Source of the DNA: Cyanophyceae cyanobacterium | GTDB lineage: Bacteria > Cyanobacteriota > Cyanobacteriia > Cyanobacteriales > JBHJGN01 | Assembly: GCA_050331735.1 (NCBI GenBank) | Contig: JBHJGN010000029.1 | Location: 32,001 to 96,000 of the forward strand | Reading direction: 5' to 3' | DNA: 64,000 bases | In this document: piece by piece, positions 54,795 through 64,000 of the stretch | Position numbering within the stretch: position 1 is the stretch's first letter | Layout: the number at the start of each line of letters is the position of its first letter | Notes under the pieces: generated by a model | Seen by the model: the letters and a program-made list of their open reading frames with translations, nothing else | Told to the model about the DNA's origin: nothing | The model's database searches: none | Translations under genes and position numbers: made by a program

Positions 54795-54951
54795 TGCTAC
54801 TCAGTCCATCAACACTACCTAAATTATGACCGCTACTGCTAATCAACAGAAGTCAGGAGCTAGGTGTCATTGGATAGCAAACGGTAAAGATTTGTGTCGA
54901 GATTGACAAATCATGGTAGCCTTTGAAAGGCTAATCGTGCATCACTAAGTA

Positions 54952-55872
54952 ATGAGTATCAAGCGTCGCGAGCTTTTACTGCTCAGTAGCCTAAGCGTCG
55001 GTATCGCAGTTATTGGTAAAATGCTTCACGCCCAAGCCAAAGCTCAGGATGAAGTGTCCTATACGACTTCTACTCCAGAAAAAAAACAAATTGATACTCA
55101 GCAGCAGACACTGCTACTGCGCTTCGTCTCCTTAGCCGATGTCGGCACAGGCGATCGCAAACAGTATGCCGTGGCAGAAGCGATGAAGCACTACTACCAG
55201 CAGCATCCGTTTCCAGCGGTGCTGCTGGCCGGGGACAATATTTACAGAAACGGCACCATCAAAAAAATTGCGCGGGCGTTCGAGCAGCCCTATAGCTATC
55301 TACGTCAGCAGGGAGTCAAGTTCTTTGCCTGCCTAGGCAATCACGACATTCGCATTGCCAACGGCAACCATCAGGTGCAGTATCCCGAATTTAATATGAG
55401 CGGTCGCTACTATACGTTTCGGCGCGGTCCTGTGCAATTTTTTGCCCTCGACACCAATCGTAATGCGGCATGGCAGCATCAGCTAACCTGGCTAGAGCAA
55501 GAGTTGAACCGCAGCAAGGCTCCGTGGAAAGTGGTGTTTGGTCATCATCCTCTTTATTCATCCGGGCGATACCGATTCAGTAGACGACTCGCTCCCAAGC
55601 TGAAGCCTCTCTTTGAGAACTACGGCGTTCAGCTTTACATTAACGGACACGAACACCACTACGAACGAACTCACTCAATTTCCGGCACCACCTACGTCAC
55701 CTGTGGCTCTGGGGCCAGAACTCGCTCGGTAGGGCGTTCATCCTGGACAGCCCATGCTGCCTCGCGGCTCAGCTTTGCGGCTTTTGACGTGTATAGCGAT
55801 CGCCTGGTTATTCAAGGAGTTGATGCCAATGGCACGGTTTTCGACCGCGCCGCGATTGGATTGCAGGGATGA
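54952..55872 (+). CDS. Tat-exported metallophosphoesterase (purple acid phosphatase-like)
   Basis: KRRELL signal; DVG, GDNIY, GNHD, GHEH. Confidence 0.9.
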   Translation: MSIKRRELLLLSSLSVGIAVIGKMLHAQAKAQDEVSYTTSTPEKKQIDTQQQTLLLRFVSLADVGTGDRKQYAVAEAMKHYYQQHPFPAVLLAGDNIYRNGTIKKIARAFEQPYSYLRQQGVKFFACLGNHDIRIANGNHQVQYPEFNMSGRYYTFRRGPVQFFALDTNRNAAWQHQLTWLEQELNRSKAPWKVVFGHHPLYSSGRYRFSRRLAPKLKPLFENYGVQLYINGHEHHYERTHSISGTTYVTCGSGARTRSVGRSSWTAHAASRLSFAAFDVYSDRLVIQGVDANGTVFDRAAIGLQG

Positions 55873-55953
55873 GCGCTCATCACGACATTACGAGGCCCAA
55901 ATTACCTATCTGATGACACGTCTTGATGGATCGACATTCCTGGGTTAACTGCT

Positions 55954-57291
55954 TTAAATCAGAAAGCAGGTGGCTAAATACAAAGCGGATATCGAGAGCT
56001 GCATAAGCATCACAGGAATGCCATATTTAAGAAATGTCCTAAACGAAATCCGCTGTCCGTGCTGTTCAGAAATTCCGGCAGCAACAATGTTAGAAGAAGC
56101 CCCCACTAAAGTTCCATTTCCCCCTAAAGTGGCTCCCAGCATCATCGCATAGAACAGGGGCAATACTTCTAGCGGAAATTGCCCATTGAAATCTGAACTT
56201 AAAACTGCTGAACTAACAAATCCGACATTGACTAGGTACTGTTTGAGGAGCGGAACCATCGCTACCACTAGGGGGATATTGGGGATCAGGCTAGACAGAA
56301 ATCCTACGGTAAATAATAACAAGAGCGAGCCTAAAGCAACGTTTTGACCGACGATTGTTGCCATGATGCTAGACAACGCATTAACAACTCCTGTCTTTTC
56401 TAATCCGCCAATGAGGACAAAGGTGGACATAAAAAATAACAGCGTACTCCAGTCTACGTCGCGCAAAATATTATTAACTGAATCAATTTGGCTATGATGA
56501 GCGAGCCATAAGGCGAGGGTTGCCCCTAATAAAGCAACCGCTGCTGGCGGGATGGGGATAGGCAGAGATTCTCCAATCACAAAAAATACGAGCACAAAAG
56601 CCATGATCACTCCTCCAAGCGCTAACACTCGGGGATGATTAACTTTTGGGTCGGGTAACTGTTCTAAATGCTCAAATTTTCGGTGCCAAATCTTGGGAAA
56701 CAGGAAAGGGATCAGGATCACTACTGTACCAACGGCGAGCGCTCCTCCTAAACTCAACCGCATCAGGTAATCTGTAAAGCTAATATTAATCGCATCCCCA
56801 ACAATGAAAGTGGCTGGATCTCCAACCAAGGTCAGTAGTCCAGAACTGTTAGCCACAAAAACGAGCAGGATGAGTAAGGGAACGAAATCTACGCCAATAT
56901 CTTCAGCAATCGGCGGAATTAGCGGTGCTAACAACATCACTGTCGTAGCGTTTGGCAACACGGCACAAATCGGAGTAGTGATGCCAACAATTCCTAGCAA
57001 TAGCCGTTTTCCTTGGCCTCTCGCTAGTAAAACTATTTGCGCTGCCAGGTAGTCGAAAATTTTGGTGGGTTCAAAAGCCCTCACTAATACCATGACTCCA
57101 AAAAATAGCGCCAACGTTGAATGACTTTGACTAATATACTGAACGGCCTCTGTTAGGGTCAATATGTGAGTAAAAACTAAAATCAAGGCTCCTAGGAGAG
57201 CTACAACCGTAAAATGCAGCAGATCGGAAGCAACAAACCAAATTACGCCTGCAAACGTCGAAGCGGCAATAAACGCCTGTAGATTATCCAT
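55954..57291 (-). CDS. ArsB/NhaD/SLC13-family ion transporter
   Basis: LTLVGDP, VDWSTLLFF, LGGNGTLVGASSN; many TM segments. Confidence 0.9.
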   Translation of the reverse strand: MDNLQAFIAASTFAGVIWFVASDLLHFTVVALLGALILVFTHILTLTEAVQYISQSHSTLALFFGVMVLVRAFEPTKIFDYLAAQIVLLARGQGKRLLLGIVGITTPICAVLPNATTVMLLAPLIPPIAEDIGVDFVPLLILLVFVANSSGLLTLVGDPATFIVGDAINISFTDYLMRLSLGGALAVGTVVILIPFLFPKIWHRKFEHLEQLPDPKVNHPRVLALGGVIMAFVLVFFVIGESLPIPIPPAAVALLGATLALWLAHHSQIDSVNNILRDVDWSTLLFFMSTFVLIGGLEKTGVVNALSSIMATIVGQNVALGSLLLLFTVGFLSSLIPNIPLVVAMVPLLKQYLVNVGFVSSAVLSSDFNGQFPLEVLPLFYAMMLGATLGGNGTLVGASSNIVAAGISEQHGQRISFRTFLKYGIPVMLMQLSISALYLATCFLI

Positions 57292-57597
57292 AATACTCAG
57301 AAATGTTACGTCAAGAGTAAAAGCTAATCACAAGCTTTGTTGTGATTGATTTTTACGAACCAATCAGCCTAATCCAGGGCGATTGTTGTCAAAGAAATCA
57401 CCTTATGAGGTTAATGGGTGAAAGAAACATGAATCTTGAACTTACTCGACAAGAATCTGAAAATCTAGAGTAAGCCAATGTTTTTAAAGTTATAGAAACA
57501 TAGGTAGTGCCTTAGTCTTTAATAGCAGGTACGAAATGTAGAGCAGTACCAGCGAAAACCGTAAGAATCAAGACACGACTATTTAGGTATCGATTCT

Positions 57598-57765
57598 TCA
57601 GTCTTCCCTCAATGCCGACGAGGTTAGCTGACGGGCTAGGGTTGAGAGATACCCCTCTCTAAAAATTTTTAGAGATATGCCCCAAAAAATGGTTCCCCCG
57701 CTCCTGTTTCATTAATCCAGACAAAACGCCTGCCCAATGAAACAGAGATTAGGCTGACTTACTCT
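57598..57765 (-). promoter_or_regulatory. c-di-AMP (ydaO/yuaA) riboswitch
   Basis: Minus strand reads GCCTAATC...GCGGGGGAACCA...GGGGCATATC...AGGGG...CCCTAGCCCGTCAGCTAACCTCGTCGGC, the ydaO consensus blocks. Confidence 0.9.
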
Positions 57766-58027
57766 ATCCAGTTAGTACGAGATTATATCACATCAATTTT
57801 AAAATGATCTGTATCACCAAAAACTATTGACTTTTTCAATTCCTGATTGTTGTTGATATCAATGCTATTGGGCTTCTCGGAGATTGTCCAGGCGGGTAGA
57901 ACAATGAGCAGGTTAGAGTCGGTGGAGCGCTTCTCAGACCGGAGAAAGCGATCGCTCTTTGAGTTTATCTTTACTAGTGGAAGTGGGTATTCTCATTTAT
58001 ACTTGAGATCCTCATCACATCGACTTC

Positions 58028-58522
58028 TTGACCCCAGTGCCTCAAACTCAGCTCAACCGTTCTTCCCCAAAATCTTTGGCGGTGATTGGCTGGCGAGAAA
58101 CCGTTGCCCTCCCTGCTCTTGGTATTGCAGAAATTAAGGCCAAAATCGACACCGGGGCGCGCTCATCAGCTTTACACGCTTTCAATATTGAACCGTTTCA
58201 GCACGATAGCCAGGAAATGGTTCGCTTTCAGGTCCATCCTCAACAGCGCAATAGTCAGCAGACAGTGACGGCAGCAGCACCCCTGCTGGAGTATCGGCAG
58301 GTCAAGAATTCCGGAGGTCAGGCCCAGCTTCGACCCGTAATCCAAACCATAGTAGGATTGGGAGAGCAGCAGTGGACTATTGAGCTGACGCTCACAAATC
58401 GAGACGCGATGGGCTTCCGGATGCTGCTAGGTCGTCAGGCCGTGAGACGGCGATTTTTAGTAGATGCGGGTAGCTCCTTTCTGCACCGCCCTAGCCCAAC
58501 TCACCGATACAGAGAACCATGA
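58028..58522 (+). CDS. RimK-associated putative protease (RimB-like)
   Basis: [27 protein letters not shown]. Confidence 0.88.
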   Translation: MTPVPQTQLNRSSPKSLAVIGWRETVALPALGIAEIKAKIDTGARSSALHAFNIEPFQHDSQEMVRFQVHPQQRNSQQTVTAAAPLLEYRQVKNSGGQAQLRPVIQTIVGLGEQQWTIELTLTNRDAMGFRMLLGRQAVRRRFLVDAGSSFLHRPSPTHRYREP

Positions 58523-59424
58523 AAATTGCTATCCTATCGCAGGAACCGTCGCTCTACTCTACCCGACGACTCAGAGAAGCTGGCATTGAACAAGGACACG
58601 ACGTGCGGGTGGTCAACTACCTCCGCTGCTACATGAATATTACGTCTCACAAGCCGATGGTGTTCTATGACGGCAAGCCGCTAGAAAATTTTGATGCCAT
58701 CATTCCTCGCATTGGAGCATCTCGGACTTTCTACGGCACGGCGGTAGTGCGTCAGTTTGAGGTGATGGGCGTGTTCAGCACCAATGAATCCCAGGCGATT
58801 TCGCGCTCCCGCGATAAACTCCGCTGCCTACAAATTTTAGCTCGTGAAGGCATTGGATTGCCCGTTACTGGATTTGCCCACGCTACCGAGGATATCGATG
58901 GCTTAATTGAGTCAGTTGGCGGTGCGCCAGTGGTGATCAAGCTGTTGGAAGGCACTCAGGGGATTGGGGTGGTGCTGGCAGAAACCCAGAAAGCCGCCAA
59001 GTCGGTAATTGAAGCGTTTCGGGGATTGGATGCCAACATTTTGGTTCAGGAGTTTATTGAAGAAGCCGGAGGAGCCGATATTCGCTGTTTTGTGATTGGC
59101 GGCAAGATTATCGCCGCCATGAAGCGTCAAGGGGCGGAAGGAGAATTTCGCTCGAACCTGCATCGGGGGGGGACGGCGACGAAAATTAAGCTTACGCCAG
59201 AGGAGCGCAGTACCGCTGTCCGGGCTGCCAAGGCGATGGGATTAAGGGTTGCCGGAGTAGACATGCTGCGCTCTAACCACGGGCCTGTGATCATGGAGGT
59301 AAATTCTTCTCCGGGGTTAGAAGGCATCGAGAAGGCGACCGGCATGGATGTTGCTGGCATAATTATTGAGTACATCTCCAAAAATGCCGAATCCGGCAGA
59401 ACCCGCGATCGCATTCCTTACTAG
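58519..59424 (+). CDS. rimK: Ribosomal protein S6--L-glutamate ligase
   Basis: [37 protein letters not shown]. Confidence 0.96.
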   Translation: MKIAILSQEPSLYSTRRLREAGIEQGHDVRVVNYLRCYMNITSHKPMVFYDGKPLENFDAIIPRIGASRTFYGTAVVRQFEVMGVFSTNESQAISRSRDKLRCLQILAREGIGLPVTGFAHATEDIDGLIESVGGAPVVIKLLEGTQGIGVVLAETQKAAKSVIEAFRGLDANILVQEFIEEAGGADIRCFVIGGKIIAAMKRQGAEGEFRSNLHRGGTATKIKLTPEERSTAVRAAKAMGLRVAGVDMLRSNHGPVIMEVNSSPGLEGIEKATGMDVAGIIIEYISKNAESGRTRDRIPY

Positions 59425-59435
59425 GAGCGAGAACC

Positions 59436-60383
59436 GTGGGAGACTCCTTAGACATTGCCGGAGAAGCGATCGCTCCCGGAGAACGCCGACATATCGAAAT
59501 TCCGGTGGCTCGTTTGGCCACGCAAACCATGCTCTCTCTCCCGGTGATTGCCCTCAACGGCACCCAACCAGGACCGAGACTGTGGTTAAGCGCCGCCATT
59601 CACGGCGATGAAATTAACGGAGTGGAAATTATTCGCCAGGTGTTGGCCCAGATTGAACCGCAACAGCTTCGGGGAACTCTCATTGCCGTCCCAATTGTGA
59701 ATGTATTCGGCTTCATCGAACAATCGCGATACCTTCCAGACCGCAGAGACTTAAATCGCGCTTTCCCCGGTTCGGCAACCGGGTCTTTGGCCTCCCGGCT
59801 CGCTCATTTATTTATGCAGGAAATCGTCAGCCGCAGTACCCACGGCATCGATCTCCACACTGCCGCCGTTCCCCGCACCAACTTGCCTCACATTCGCGCC
59901 AATCTGCAAGATGCCGAAACCTATCGCTGTGCTAAAGCGTTTGGTGCCCCGCTAATGATTCACGCCACGACCCGCGATGGTTCTTTGCGGCAAGCCGCCG
60001 CAAATAAAGGCATTCCGACATTACTTTATGAAGCCGGAGAAGCGTTGCGGTTTGATGACGCAGCGATTCGAGCCGGAGTCGCGGGAGTGCGGCAAGTGAT
60101 GGGGACTTTAGCCATGTATAAAGCTCCTGATTCTACCCCAACAGATTCAGTAGAAGTTCGTCAGAGCAAATGGGTGCGAGCCCCCCGGAGCGGCATCTTT
60201 CGCCTAGAAGTCGCACTAGGAGAGCGAGTGGAGAAGAAGCAGCAGTTAGGCGTGATTGCCGATGTCTTTGGCGAAACCAATGTTCAGGTGCGGTCCTCAA
60301 TGAACGGCATTGTCATCGGTCATACTCAAAACCCGCTGGTCAATCAGGGGGACGGGATCGTTCACGTTGCCATTGTTGAGTAA
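59436..60383 (+). CDS. Succinylglutamate desuccinylase/aspartoacylase family protein
   Basis: AAIHGDEING, DLNRAFPG, IDLHT, YEAGE. Confidence 0.9.
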   Translation: MGDSLDIAGEAIAPGERRHIEIPVARLATQTMLSLPVIALNGTQPGPRLWLSAAIHGDEINGVEIIRQVLAQIEPQQLRGTLIAVPIVNVFGFIEQSRYLPDRRDLNRAFPGSATGSLASRLAHLFMQEIVSRSTHGIDLHTAAVPRTNLPHIRANLQDAETYRCAKAFGAPLMIHATTRDGSLRQAAANKGIPTLLYEAGEALRFDDAAIRAGVAGVRQVMGTLAMYKAPDSTPTDSVEVRQSKWVRAPRSGIFRLEVALGERVEKKQQLGVIADVFGETNVQVRSSMNGIVIGHTQNPLVNQGDGIVHVAIVE

Positions 60384-60495
60384 CTTGTGCAATGGAATAG
60401 GAATGGAAAGGCGATCGCCCTTTATTACTCTCGCCATGACCTCATTTCTCAATCCTGGGTATATCGGCCACTAGACACGGGTATCAGTTCTTGGA

Positions 60496-61020
60496 TTGGA
60501 TAGCCTAGATATCCTATCAGGTAACCAAGGAAATGACTTTATTTTTGCTGGTGGAGGCGACGATCGCTTATTTGGCAACAGCGGCAACGATTTTCTCTTT
60601 GGCGGTAGCGGTAGGGACAATTTGGTGGGAAATCAAGGCAGAGATTTTCTCAAGGGCGGTCAGGAGCGAGATTTTCTGCGGGGAGGCGGGGGCAAAGATT
60701 TCCGAGTCGGTGATGAAGGAAGCGAGATTTTTATCTTACAGCCCGGAAAAGGAACTGATATTATTGCTGATTTTGAAAATGGCGTAGATTTGCTAGAACT
60801 CATTCCTAATCCAGTCTTTGCTGATATTACTGCTAATCTGGAAAATGGCATATATTTGCCAGGACCACTTCCCAGTTTGGACTTTGATGAAATCCAAATT
60901 TCACAAGTAGGAGAAGATACGGCCATTGGAAACGGGAACCAAGTATTCACCTTGCTGAGGGGCATTGATGCTAATACTATCGGAGCTGACGACTTCACGA
61001 TAGTCGAAATTGTGGTATGA
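60496..61020 (+). CDS. RTX Ca-binding repeat protein, possibly a truncated C-terminal fragment
   Basis: GGxGxD nonapeptides, GTDIIADFENGVD; TTG start only. Confidence 0.65.
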   Translation: MDSLDILSGNQGNDFIFAGGGDDRLFGNSGNDFLFGGSGRDNLVGNQGRDFLKGGQERDFLRGGGGKDFRVGDEGSEIFILQPGKGTDIIADFENGVDLLELIPNPVFADITANLENGIYLPGPLPSLDFDEIQISQVGEDTAIGNGNQVFTLLRGIDANTIGADDFTIVEIVV

Positions 61021-61086
61021 CAACAAGAGTGGTAATCGCAAGGCGGCTTTTGCTAGAATCCGAGGCGAAAATCGACGATACCTTTG

Positions 61087-62016
61087 ATGAGCGCTAACCC
61101 GTTTAGCTTGAAAATTTCTCAGCTACGAACTTTGGTAGAAGTCGCAGAGCAGGGGAACTTTAGTGAGGCAGCGTTGCAGCTTGGAGTTTCTCAGTCCGCC
61201 GTTAGCCATGCGATCGCTACTTTAGAAGAAGAGTTGGGCGTCCTGTTATTTAACCGCGGTCGTCAAGGAGCTTCTCCCACCCCTATTGGTGAGCGCATGA
61301 TTGTGCAAGCACGTCAGGTTCTTGCTTTACTCGTTGACATGGTTCAAGAAGCCAATCGAGAAAAAGGGTTGGAGGGAGGACAGGTCCGCATCGCCACATT
61401 TCGCAGCGTGGCCACTCGCATCCTGCCTTCAGTCATTTCTCGGTTTCGCAGTAACTTTCCTCTAATTACGGTATCTGTGACCGAGGCGGACGAGCTCTTT
61501 GAAATAGAACAGTTACTGCGTGCTGGCCATGCCGATATTGGCTTTACCCATCTACCCTGTTCAGCAGACTTTGAATCCTTTGAAATTCTCAGAGACGAAT
61601 ACATTGTCTTGCTGCCTCCTGCTTTTCAATCAAGCCAGGAGCAACTAAGCTGGGAAGAGCTAGCAGCTTATCCTCTGATTATCTCCTCAGAAGATAGCTG
61701 CTCTATCAGCATTCGGAATTATTTAAAGTCTGCGAAGGTTCCCGTAGATATTGCCTATAGAATTCGACAAGACTCCACCATTGTCAGTATGGCCATGCAG
61801 GGTTTAGGAGCCGCAATCTTGCCACGGCTCGCTGCCGAACCAATTCCTGCTGACCTGAAAGTGCGTCATTTGCCGACTTCGTTGGAAAGACTCATCGGCG
61901 TGGTGATGTTTAAAAATGCCCTTCACACTCCGGCTGTATTTGCCTTTCTAGAGGCTGTAAGAAATGCAGGACAGTTTGGAGTAGCTCGTGCTGCTAAAAC
62001 TGAGAAAAATCAGTAG
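61087..62016 (+). CDS. LysR-family transcriptional regulator
   Basis: NFSEAALQLGVSQSAVSHAIATLEEELG HTH. Confidence 0.95.
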   Translation: MSANPFSLKISQLRTLVEVAEQGNFSEAALQLGVSQSAVSHAIATLEEELGVLLFNRGRQGASPTPIGERMIVQARQVLALLVDMVQEANREKGLEGGQVRIATFRSVATRILPSVISRFRSNFPLITVSVTEADELFEIEQLLRAGHADIGFTHLPCSADFESFEILRDEYIVLLPPAFQSSQEQLSWEELAAYPLIISSEDSCSISIRNYLKSAKVPVDIAYRIRQDSTIVSMAMQGLGAAILPRLAAEPIPADLKVRHLPTSLERLIGVVMFKNALHTPAVFAFLEAVRNAGQFGVARAAKTEKNQ

Positions 62017-62116
62017 TCTGCGAACATAGAGACAGCGAATCAAGCTCCGAATGAGCTACTGCACAAGCTTTGAGGGGTGTTACCCTCGCTCCTGACCCCC
62101 GAATCTTACTATGTTT

Positions 62117-62158
62117 GTAGCATCAAATACGCTACAAAAGATGCAAATTGCCTACTCT
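62117..62158 (+). promoter_or_regulatory. Canonical NtcA class II promoter
   Basis: GTA-GCATCAAA-TAC (62117-62130), exactly N22, TACTCT (TAN3T). Confidence 0.75.
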
Positions 62159-62241
62159 AGCAACGGCAAGACAACGAGCCCTCAGCTCAACAGTTGCTGA
62201 GCACTAACCTTGATTACCCCATTTGTGAAGCTCTAAAAATT

Positions 62242-64000
62242 ATGCCTACCGTGCGCCCTTCAACTCTTTCAGCGGTGAAGCATCTCGTTTTCATTGATTC
62301 CTCCGTAGACAATTATCATCAATTGCTGGCCGGAATTTACCCTTATGCTGAAGCATTCGTCCTGCATCCCTCCGAGGATGGAGTGCAGCAAATTACTCAA
62401 GCTTTAAGCACCCGTCAGCATCTTGACAGTATTCATCTTGTCTCCCACGGATGTCCTGGTTCCTTGCGTCTTGGCAACGCTGAGCTCAGTCTCGATACTC
62501 TCGTGCAGTATGGCCCTCAACTCCAGCAGTGGCGGCAGGCTTTAAGTAAAACAGCGAATCTTCTTATCTATGGCTGTGAGGTTGGCGCTACCGAGCGAGG
62601 AGCGGCGTTTCTCTACTGTCTCAAAGCCCTCGTCGGAGCTGAGGTTGCCGCTTCTAAGCAGCGAACGGGGAGTGCAGCTTTAGGAGGGAATTGGCAGCTA
62701 GAGGAGAGCACAGGAGCCGTAGAAGCGGCTCTAGCCTTTACGCCAGAAACGATGGCCGCCTATGACTCCATTTTGTCGGTAATTGCAGAGAGTTTCGACG
62801 GCAGCGATTTTCCTCCTCGCGGCTGGGAGCGGTTTCCGGGAGAAAACGAACTCGGACCCAACGCTGGCTGGACTTTAGGTGTGGACAACGGCTTTGGAGG
62901 TCGCTCGGTGGCGTTTGTTCCCCCAGAAGATGTGGAGGGAGGAGTGGCCCAAGATTGGCTTGTTACGCCGTTGCTCAGACCGAGTGCTGAGAACAGTACG
63001 CTGAGCTTTGATGCCAGACAGGTATTTCCAGATGACTTAGGCAGTAACTATGCGGTGCAGGTGTCTACCGCCGGACAAACGGACCCTGATGATTTTGAGA
63101 CTGTTTTAGAGTTTACCGAAGCTGGCATTCCCTTTGATGAGTACCAAACCTATGCGGTAGACTTCAGCGACTACGTTGGGGAAGATATTTACGTAGCGTT
63201 CGTCTTGGAAAACGACAACGGTGACTTCTTTGCCATTGACGATGTTGAGGGGTTGCCCTTTACTCCTGACATTTTAATTAGCCAATCGGGCGATCGCGTC
63301 GGTCTGAGTCGCGGCGGCACGAACGAAACGATTCAAGTGGCGCTCACCACCCAGCCCAGCAGCGATGTACTAATTGACTTTAGCACCGATAGTCGCGAAG
63401 TCGCTTCGATTGAATCGGCCCTGTTTACCCCGGAAAACTGGGAGCAGCCGCAGGTAGTGGAGCTCGATCTGGCTGAATTGGGCAGTACCGGAGAGCCAGA
63501 GACCCCCTTCTCCCTCGCCGTTTCGACGACCACTGAAGATCCCGACTACGCCACCATTGACGTTGACAACATTACCGGCACGATTGTCGATAGCGGCATT
63601 CCGTTCTTCCCTAGCTACCGCACCGTAGAAGAGACCTTTGCTGACCTCTCTGCCCTCGCAGAAGCGAACCCGGACATTGCTAGCTGGGTAGACATCGGCG
63701 ATAGCTACGATAAAGTCACGTCCGGCAGTCCTGAAGGCTACGATATTTACGCCCTGGAGCTAACCAACCCCAGCACCGGCAGCGAGGACAAACCGACTTT
63801 CTACGTTGAAGGAGCGATTCACGCCCGCGAATACACCACCGCCGAACTTGTGACCCGCTTCGCCGAAGATCTTGTAGCTGGCTATGGCACTGATGCCGAT
63901 GCCACCTGGCTCCTCGATGAATTCAAAATTGCTGTCGTTCCCATCGTCAACCCGGACGGACGCAAGTTTGCTGAACAGGGCTATCTCTGGCGCAAAAACA
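62242..64000 (+). CDS. Large protein: DUF4347 + cleaved-adhesin-like + Ig/Calx-like + M14 zinc carboxypeptidase (runs off the window end)
   Basis: Manual translation, not in ORF track: LVFIDSSV...IHLVSHG...LIYGCEV...GGNWQLE; DWLVTP...IYVAF; AIHAREY...PIVNPDG...WRKN. Confidence 0.88.
   Translation, partial: MPTVRPSTLSAVKHLVFIDSSVDNYHQLLAGIYPYAEAFVLHPSEDGVQQITQALSTRQHLDSIHLVSHGCPGSLRLGNAELSLDTLVQYGPQLQQWRQALSKTANLLIYGCEVGATERGAAFLYCLKALVGAEVAASKQRTGSAALGGNWQLEESTGAVEAALAFTPETMAAYDSILSVIAESFDGSDFPPRGWERFPGENELGPNAGWTLGVDNGFGGRSVAFVPPEDVEGGVAQDWLVTPLLRPSAENSTLSFDARQVFPDDLGSNYAVQVSTAGQTDPDDFETVLEFTEAGIPFDEYQTYAVDFSDYVGEDIYVAFVLENDNGDFFAIDDVEGLPFTPDILISQSGDRVGLSRGGTNETIQVALTTQPSSDVLIDFSTDSREVASIESALFTPENWEQPQVVELDLAELGSTGEPETPFSLAVSTTTEDPDYATIDVDNITGTIVDSGIPFFPSYRTVEETFADLSALAEANPDIASWVDIGDSYDKVTSGSPEGYDIYALELTNPSTGSEDKPTFYVEGAIHAREYTTAELVTRFAEDLVAGYGTDADATWLLDEFKIAVVPIVNPDGRKFAEQGYLWRKN

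Overview
Chromosomal window from a cyanobacterium (dense HIP1 GCGATCGC, rpaA, ho1, ftn2, cyanobacterial PEP-CTERM proteins). It is mostly housekeeping: menB (partial), rlmN, msrB, surE, pheS, clpS, murF, cobW, pdhA, ftn2, squalene synthase, groEL2, fabG, trx, cysH, rplI, gloB, rpaA, ho1, argD and rimK. Accessory patches encode secreted or surface proteins (about 8-9.5 kb, 13.4-18.6 kb, 60.5-64 kb), and 48-54 kb mixes nitrogen-related genes with decaying genes. Non-coding elements read directly from the sequence are 6S RNA, a cobalamin riboswitch, a c-di-AMP (ydaO) riboswitch, CIRCE and K-box, and three NtcA-type promoters. Best leads: (1) a Cys-Cys leader peptide (MRLCCLPGW) with alternative RNA pairings upstream of cysH; (2) a probable NtcA-controlled module of PhyH dioxygenase, divergent Amt and small membrane partner; (3) a three-copy MITE/REP-like repeat abutting stop codons and built from covarying mini-hairpins; (4) a 25-aa peptide between the B12 riboswitch and cobW; (5) two terminators inside the leader of a PEP-CTERM esterase; (6) a pseudo-HisKA tail on an ABC exporter. 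No CRISPR array, tRNA, rRNA or transposase was seen. All family assignments come from motif recognition, not database searches.
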